Assembly: GCA_038207085.1 (NCBI GenBank)
Contig: JBBRAE010000043.1
Location: 1-21,002 of the forward strand
DNA from: Armatimonadota bacterium
Lineage (GTDB): Bacteria > Armatimonadota > UBA5829 > DTLH01
Reading direction: 5' to 3'
Length of the DNA stretch: 21,002 nt
The notes under the pieces were generated by a model that worked only from the letters and a program-made list of their open reading frames with translations, was not told the origin of the DNA and ran no database searches. The translations under genes were made by a program, and so were the position numbers. This document shows, in pieces, positions 15,402 through 21,002 of this stretch (position 1 is its first letter; each line of letters starts with the position of its first letter).

Positions 15402-16529
15402 TTGAGGTTAGTTAGAAATCCTGAGCTAAGAGGCATCCTGATGCTTCTTGGCATAGCCCTGCTGCTCGGGCTCGGTATGGCCGCATGGACCGGCAAAATA
15501 ACAGACTTGACGGGCTGGAAGCTCACGCTTAGAAAGCCCCTCACCGACGCCATCGTCTACGTCACAAGTGAATCGGGCCACCCCGATATCTGGGTGATGA
15601 AGCCAGACGGCACAGATAAAAAATCGCTCACAAACGACGCATTCCCTGACTCCGAGCCCGTCGTCTCGCCCGACGGCTACACCATCGCCTTTATCTCAAG
15701 GCGCGAGGGCAACTATAACCAGGTCTTCGCGATGGACCCCGACGGCTCCCATCAGCACAGGCTGACCCAGATCACAGGGACCAAGTCCGGCCTCAGTTTT
15801 TCCTCCGACGGAAAGTCGGTGATATTCCTCTGCGGCGGAAACGTTTGGCGCGCGGCGATAAACCAGGACCACCCCGAGCGCCTGCTGCCGACCGAGGACC
15901 AGGAGACCGCCGAGCGCAGTGCAGTCGAGCGAAACCCGTATCTGTGGGCCGCCGAGTCAGGCAACGGACAGGCGATCGCGGCGATCAGGCTTCAGGAAGG
16001 AAAGCAGGTCGCGTACTGGATGAAGCTCGGTGACGCAGAGCCCTCACCGATCGTCGACCCCCAGCAGCTGGGAGGGGCTCCGTTTATGGGTGAGCGCGTC
16101 GGGGCGACGTGGTCGCACTCTGGCCCGGAGATGATCCTTACCGGCTGCGTGCCGAAGGCCTCAATTATCGCAGTTGCGAACATGTCCGAGGGCAAGATCC
16201 AGCCGATGGCGCTTAAGCAGGCTATCGGAAACCCGGACTGGTCGCCGGACGGCAATTACGTCGCATGTGAGGCGCAGGACAGGCTCGGCCCAAACGACTA
16301 CAGCCCCGTGGGGATCGTGGTGATCGATGTCACCAACGGAGAAGGCAAGGTGATAGCCGCAGGTGAGCCGCGCGAGCCCAAATGGTCGCCCGACAGCAGC
16401 AAGATCGTCTTTACCGATCGGGACCGTATAATGGTCTATGACAAATCAACGGGCAAGACGGAGCCGATCACCGACGGCAAGCCGGCCTGCTCCGACCCTG
16501 GCTGGGCGTCCGCGCCTGAGCAGAAGTAA
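15402..16529 (+). CDS. Membrane-anchored TolB-like beta-propeller (PD40 repeats)
   Basis: N-terminal TM helix; DIWVMKPDG, PVVSPDG, FSSDG, PDWSPDG and PKWSPDS repeats; GGAGG RBS. Confidence 0.9.
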   Translation: MRLVRNPELRGILMLLGIALLLGLGMAAWTGKITDLTGWKLTLRKPLTDAIVYVTSESGHPDIWVMKPDGTDKKSLTNDAFPDSEPVVSPDGYTIAFISRREGNYNQVFAMDPDGSHQHRLTQITGTKSGLSFSSDGKSVIFLCGGNVWRAAINQDHPERLLPTEDQETAERSAVERNPYLWAAESGNGQAIAAIRLQEGKQVAYWMKLGDAEPSPIVDPQQLGGAPFMGERVGATWSHSGPEMILTGCVPKASIIAVANMSEGKIQPMALKQAIGNPDWSPDGNYVACEAQDRLGPNDYSPVGIVVIDVTNGEGKVIAAGEPREPKWSPDSSKIVFTDRDRIMVYDKSTGKTEPITDGKPACSDPGWASAPEQK

Positions 16530-16532
16530 ACT

Positions 16533-17714
16533 GTGCTGCAAGACCCGTATCTGACCCATCAGCTGATCCCCTACATCGGCAACAAGCGCAAGCTTCTGCC
16601 GTTGATCAGCGACGCCATCTCGGCGACTGGTGTCTCGGGCGGGACGTTTTGCGACCTGTTTTCTGGTAGCGGGGTCGTCTCGCGTCTTGCAAAGAGGCTT
16701 GGGTTTGGGGTGATCTCAAACGACTGGGAGCCCTACACCGAGCCGATCAACCTCGCATGTGTCGGTGTGAACGCTGCACCGAGGTTTGCACGGCTTGGCG
16801 GGATGGACTCGGCTTTCCAAACGCTTAACGGCCTTGCCCCTGTTCGCGGGTACATCGCGACCCACTACTGCCCCGAGGACGACGAGCATCCCGACTATGA
16901 GCGCGAGAGGATGTTCTACACCCAGGAAAACGGGCGGCGGATCGACGCTATTCGTGAGAAGATCGCCGAGTGGAGCGATTCGGGTATGATCGATTCACTC
17001 GAACTGGCCGTGCTCCTTGCGCCGCTCATTTACCAGGCGAGCTACTGCAGCAACACGTCTGGCGTGTTCAAGGGGTTTCACCGCGGCTGGGGCGGGGCGA
17101 CCAAGACCGCGTGGTACCGCATCAGAAGCACGCTTTCTCTTTCACCGCCGGTCTTCTTTGACAACGGCCGGCAAAGCGTCGTCACTCGCGAGGACGCATG
17201 CGAGCTTGCGCGGCGGGTGGAAGCGGATATCGCCTACATAGACCCGCCGTATAACCAGCACCAGTACGGCTCGAACTACCATCTGCTAAACACGGTCGCG
17301 CTTTGGGACCATCCGCCGGTCAGCCGACATATTTCGACGGAGCCCGGGGACCGGACCAAGTCGGCGATCAGGCTCGACTGGCGGACGCTGCGGCGCAGCC
17401 CTTACTGCACCAGGGCCGCCGCGCTGCCTGCGTTTTGCACTCTGGTGGAAAGAATCCGCGCACGGTTCGTCTTGGTAAGTTATAGCACGGACGGGATAAT
17501 CCCGCTTGATGAGCTTTTATCCGTGCTTTCCATGCGCGGCAGGCTCTCCGTGATCCCGCGCCGGTACAAGCGCTATAGGGTGAGCAGCCAGAGGCCGTCG
17601 CTTAGACCACATACGGTTGAGTTTGTAGCGACAATCGATACACTTGCGCCCTCCGAACGCGCCGAGGTTCTGCGCGCCATAGAAGAGATAGACCGGGCCG
17701 GGAGCGAGGCTTGA
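16533..17714 (+). CDS. DNA adenine N6 methyltransferase (D12-class-like), orphan
   Basis: YIGNKRKLL, DLFSGSGVVS (motif I), YIDPPYNQHQYGSNYH (motif IV) and VSYS. Confidence 0.92.
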   Translation: MLQDPYLTHQLIPYIGNKRKLLPLISDAISATGVSGGTFCDLFSGSGVVSRLAKRLGFGVISNDWEPYTEPINLACVGVNAAPRFARLGGMDSAFQTLNGLAPVRGYIATHYCPEDDEHPDYERERMFYTQENGRRIDAIREKIAEWSDSGMIDSLELAVLLAPLIYQASYCSNTSGVFKGFHRGWGGATKTAWYRIRSTLSLSPPVFFDNGRQSVVTREDACELARRVEADIAYIDPPYNQHQYGSNYHLLNTVALWDHPPVSRHISTEPGDRTKSAIRLDWRTLRRSPYCTRAAALPAFCTLVERIRARFVLVSYSTDGIIPLDELLSVLSMRGRLSVIPRRYKRYRVSSQRPSLRPHTVEFVATIDTLAPSERAEVLRAIEEIDRAGSEA

Positions 17715-17725
17715 AAGGAAGTACG

Positions 17726-18358
17726 ATGAACTCCAGGATGTTAGTTGCAGTGACACTTGCAGCGGTTGCGGCGGTTCCCGCCGTTGCCGACCGCCTGATA
17801 CTCGCCCCTACGGGAAACGTGCTGAACAAGGGGGACTTTCGCGCGGAGGTGTCGCTTCAGACGTCCCCGGACGACAACAGGATATTCTGGCTGAACGCGG
17901 GACTGCCCCGTTTTGAGCTGAATCTGACCCAGTTTGACCAGCGAAGCACCCCGGGGTCAGAAGACACAACCCTATTTGGCGCGGAGTTCGCTATGCTCCC
18001 AGAGACCTCGCTGACCCCCGGCATCGGTGTCGGCGCTTATGACATCACCGGGCAGACCCCGGACGGCGTCGGCTTCTATCTTGCGTTCACCAAGGCGGTA
18101 CCCTTTGACGAAAAGGTGCCGTACCTGCCGCTATCAGACATCAAACTGACCCTCGGCTACGGGGTAAAGGGGATACACAGTTTCTTCTACGGGGCCGACG
18201 CTCACCTGCCACTAAACTTGACGATCTACGCCGAGCACTTCCAGAAACATACCAACCTCGGTCTCGGGTGGACCCCGCTAAAAGGCGTGCAGGCGACGGC
18301 CTATCGGATCGACGACGGCACCTACTTCGGCGTGCAGGTGTTTTCGGTGCTGGAGTAG
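17726..18358 (+). CDS. Exported protein, probable outer-membrane beta-barrel (YjbH-like)
   Basis: Signal peptide ending AVPAVA, amphipathic beta strands and a C-terminal TYFGVQVF. GAAAGGA RBS before ATG 17726. Confidence 0.7.
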   Translation: MNSRMLVAVTLAAVAAVPAVADRLILAPTGNVLNKGDFRAEVSLQTSPDDNRIFWLNAGLPRFELNLTQFDQRSTPGSEDTTLFGAEFAMLPETSLTPGIGVGAYDITGQTPDGVGFYLAFTKAVPFDEKVPYLPLSDIKLTLGYGVKGIHSFFYGADAHLPLNLTIYAEHFQKHTNLGLGWTPLKGVQATAYRIDDGTYFGVQVFSVLE

Positions 18359-18449
18359 CGGCCAGTTGTTATCCTGAACAATAGTGAAAGATCTAGGCTC
18401 GGCGACGAGGGATTTATCGGCTGGTGGCGTATTTGCCGCAGCGGGGGGA

Positions 18450-18475
18450 GGGCGGACACACTGGTCCGCCCCTAC
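18450..18475 (-). repeat. GTAG-type REP palindrome
   Basis: Minus strand GTAG-GGGCGGAC-CAGTGT-GTCCGCCC. Confidence 0.8.
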
Positions 18476-18519
18476 GTTGTTGCCGGTCAGTTTTCGGGCG
18501 GATGGAATCCGCGGAACGG

Positions 18520-18547
18520 GGTCGGGTGAGGGATTCACCCGACCAAC
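18520..18547 (-). repeat. Second REP-like hairpin
   Basis: GGTCGGGTGA-GGGAT-TCACCCGACC, a 10-bp stem with a GTTG foot on the minus strand. Confidence 0.6.
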
Positions 18548-18673
18548 GGGAACCTGCACCAACACTTTCTACACGTTCTCTTGATTGCCACGGCGGGCCA
18601 TTCGTGTTAGAATTCACCAGAAACGGGCACAACTATTTCATCGATCATTCGCCCCGGCATAAGGGAGCAGGAT

Positions 18674-20458
18674 TTGACTGATATAAACACAATTTTAGCT
18701 ACGGACTGCGGCAGCACCACGACCAAGGCGATTCTTATCGAGCGCGAGAACGGGGAATATCGCCTCAAGGTCCGAGGGGAGGCCCCGACCACCGTCGAAG
18801 CGCCGTTTGACGACGTTACAGTCGGCGTCGTAAACGCGGTGCGCGAGGTTGAGGAGCTTTCAGGACGCAGAATCATAGGCGACGACGGGCTGATCATTCG
18901 TCCGGCAAGCGACGGCACAACCGGCGTCGATATGTATCTTTCCACCTCATCGGCGGGCGGGGGCTTGCAGATGACCGTCGCGGGGGTCGTCAAGGCGATG
19001 AGCGCGGAAAGCGCGCAGCGGGCGGCGCTTGGCGCGGGCGCGATTATCATCGACGTGATCGCGGTCGATGATGGGCGCAAAGACTACGAGAAAGTCCGGC
19101 GCATCAGAGAGCTTCGACCAGATATGATCCTTGCCTCGGGCGGGACCGACGGGGGAACCGTGAAGCACCTGGCCGAGATCGCCGAAATGCTTTTGGCAGC
19201 CGACCCCAAACCCAGACTCGGACTTGGGATGGCGCTTCCGGTCATATTCGCAGGAAACAAGGACGCGCGCGAGGCGTTTAGGGAAGTGATCGACGGCAAG
19301 GTCGACCTGCGAGTGGTCGACAACCTACGCCCCACGATGGAGACCGAGAACCTCGGCCCAGCGCGCGAGGCGATCCACGAACTCTTTCTACAGCACGTCA
19401 TGCAGCAGGCGCCGGGCTACGGCAAGCTTTCGAGCTGGGTCGACTCGGGGATTATGTCGACGCCAAACGCGGTCGGCAAGATCATCGAGACTATCGCCGG
19501 GCAGTTTGGGATAAACGTGCTCGCGGTCGATATCGGTGGCGCGACGACCGACGTTTTCTCGGTCTTTGAAGGCACGTTCACCCGCACCGTGAGCGCAAAC
19601 CTCGGTATGAGCTACTCGATATGTAACGTGCTGACCGAAGCGGGCGTTGAGAACATCAGCCGCTGGGTGCCCTTTGACCTCGACGAGACCGATCTCAGAA
19701 ATCGCCTCCGAAACAAGATGATCCGGCCTACGACGATCCCGCACACGCTTGAGGACCTCCGAATCGAGCAGGCGGTATCCCGCGAGGCGCTGCGGCTGGC
19801 ATTCGAGCACCACAAGTCGCTTGCCCGCTCGCTCACGGGCGTGCAGCAGGCCCGCTCGGTCGGCGACCTGATGACCCAGGAGGCGACGGGCCAGACGCTT
19901 GTAAAGATGATGAACCTCGATATGGTGATCGGAAGCGGTGGGGTGCTCTCGCATGCGCCGCGCGCCGCAGAAACCGCCTATATGATGCTCGACGCCTACC
20001 AGCCCGAAGGGGTGACGATGCTCGCCAAGGACTCGATCTTTATGATGCCGCAGCTCGGCGTGCTCTCGACCGTTCACGCAGAAGCCGCCGCGCAGGTATT
20101 CGAGCGCGACTGCCTGGTCAAGTTCGGCCACGTGATCGCCCCCGTGGGGGTGGCAAAGCAGGGGGACAACGTGCTGACGCTTACAATAGACGGCGTCGAT
20201 CGGCAGTTTTCATTTGGGACGCTTTCTCTCGTGCCGCTTGGGCTCGGGGAGACCAAAGAGGTTGTGATCAAGCCCGCGCGGGGATTTGACGCAGGTGCAG
20301 GACGCGGCAAACAGGTGACGGCGACGGTCGAAGGCGGCACAGTCGGCCTGATCATCGACACCCGTGGCCGTCCGCTGCAGCTTCCCGCGGACAAAAAGAC
20401 TAGAATTTCAAAGCTCGTCGAGTGGCACAGCGCGCTCGGACTTGAGGCGGAGGGTTAA
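18674..20458 (+). CDS. glmL: GlmL/MutL (glutamate mutase L)-like ASKHA-fold ATPase
   Basis: TDCGSTTTK, TSSAGGGL, SGGTDGG, VDIGGATTDVFS, RTVSANLGM and IGSGGVLSH. AAGGGAG RBS before TTG. Confidence 0.9.
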   Translation: MTDINTILATDCGSTTTKAILIERENGEYRLKVRGEAPTTVEAPFDDVTVGVVNAVREVEELSGRRIIGDDGLIIRPASDGTTGVDMYLSTSSAGGGLQMTVAGVVKAMSAESAQRAALGAGAIIIDVIAVDDGRKDYEKVRRIRELRPDMILASGGTDGGTVKHLAEIAEMLLAADPKPRLGLGMALPVIFAGNKDAREAFREVIDGKVDLRVVDNLRPTMETENLGPAREAIHELFLQHVMQQAPGYGKLSSWVDSGIMSTPNAVGKIIETIAGQFGINVLAVDIGGATTDVFSVFEGTFTRTVSANLGMSYSICNVLTEAGVENISRWVPFDLDETDLRNRLRNKMIRPTTIPHTLEDLRIEQAVSREALRLAFEHHKSLARSLTGVQQARSVGDLMTQEATGQTLVKMMNLDMVIGSGGVLSHAPRAAETAYMMLDAYQPEGVTMLAKDSIFMMPQLGVLSTVHAEAAAQVFERDCLVKFGHVIAPVGVAKQGDNVLTLTIDGVDRQFSFGTLSLVPLGLGETKEVVIKPARGFDAGAGRGKQVTATVEGGTVGLIIDTRGRPLQLPADKKTRISKLVEWHSALGLEAEG

Positions 20459-20459
20459 A

Positions 20460-21002
20460 ATGGGAACCGCATACACACCGGGCCTGAAAGTAAGCCCGAA
20501 GACGCTCGTCCGAAAGACGCGTCGCCTCCCCCTGAAGGGGAGCGTAATGGTCGCCGCGGGGGACATGGTCAACCCGGACACCGTTGTCGCGCGCACCGAG
20601 ATCCCAGGGATCATGCAGACCGTGCGCGCGGCGGAGCAGCTCGGGATCGAAGTCTCTGATATGCCGCACGCGCTTCGGGTGAATATCGGCGACAAGGTGA
20701 CCCGCGACCAGGTCCTTGCCGAGACCAAGAGTTTCTTTGGCCTGATGAAAAACGACGTCAAGAGCCCGATCAACGGCACGGTGGAGCTTATAAGCGAGCA
20801 GACCGGGCACATCGGCATACGTCTTCCCGCCGCACCGATCGAGGTCGCCGCCTACGTTTTAGGACGGGTAGCGGAGGTTATGCCTGACGAAGGGGTCGTC
20901 GTCGAGACTGAGGCTGCGATGATTCAGGGGATATTCGGCGTCGGTGGCGAGCGAACGGGCGAGATTCGAGTGCTTGTCTCGGACCCGGACGCGCCGCTCA
21001 CC
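20460..21002 (+). CDS. Hypothetical protein with barrel-sandwich-hybrid-like motifs, runs off the window end
   Basis: ATG immediately after the glmL stop with a GGAGG RBS. Open frame MGTAYTPGLKVSPKTLVRKTRRLPLKGSVMVAAGDMVNPDTVVARTEIPG...VNIGDKVTRDQVLAE...KSPINGTV...IQGIFGVGGERTG. Missing from the ORF track because it has no stop in the window. Confidence 0.88.
   Translation, partial: MGTAYTPGLKVSPKTLVRKTRRLPLKGSVMVAAGDMVNPDTVVARTEIPGIMQTVRAAEQLGIEVSDMPHALRVNIGDKVTRDQVLAETKSFFGLMKNDVKSPINGTVELISEQTGHIGIRLPAAPIEVAAYVLGRVAEVMPDEGVVVETEAAMIQGIFGVGGERTGEIRVLVSDPDAPLT

Overview
Bacterial chromosomal window, GC-rich in its core genes. The SecA insertions and gene set suggest Armatimonadota or a related Terrabacteria lineage (inference only). 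The core consists of secA (-) on the left and, on the right, DUF167, a pfkB-type kinase and hpf (all -), a TolB/PD40 protein, an orphan N6-adenine methyltransferase and a beta-barrel-like protein (all +), and a glmL-like gene plus a partial partner (+). Between them (about 3.8-13.1 kb) is a mosaic accessory region: a ~1165-aa Cys-rich secreted protein with an NlpC/P60-like N-terminus and SdrD-B-like repeats, a sulfatase, a Fic gene with an early nonsense codon, DUF3795, a CBM9-like protein and several gene stubs. The main unexplained structure is a ~20-bp imperfect palindrome, AAAAGGTGTCTGTCCCCTTT, present 7 times. Two copies are the inverted ends of a 150-bp mini-element carrying the promoter and first 23 codons of a RAYT/Y1 (HUH) transposase. 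Two copies end a 99-bp direct repeat that brackets 7.9 kb. Several sit at or near points where genes or an IS21-like element are cut off. This suggests a REP/RAYT-type system that captures and stitches DNA fragments at this locus.
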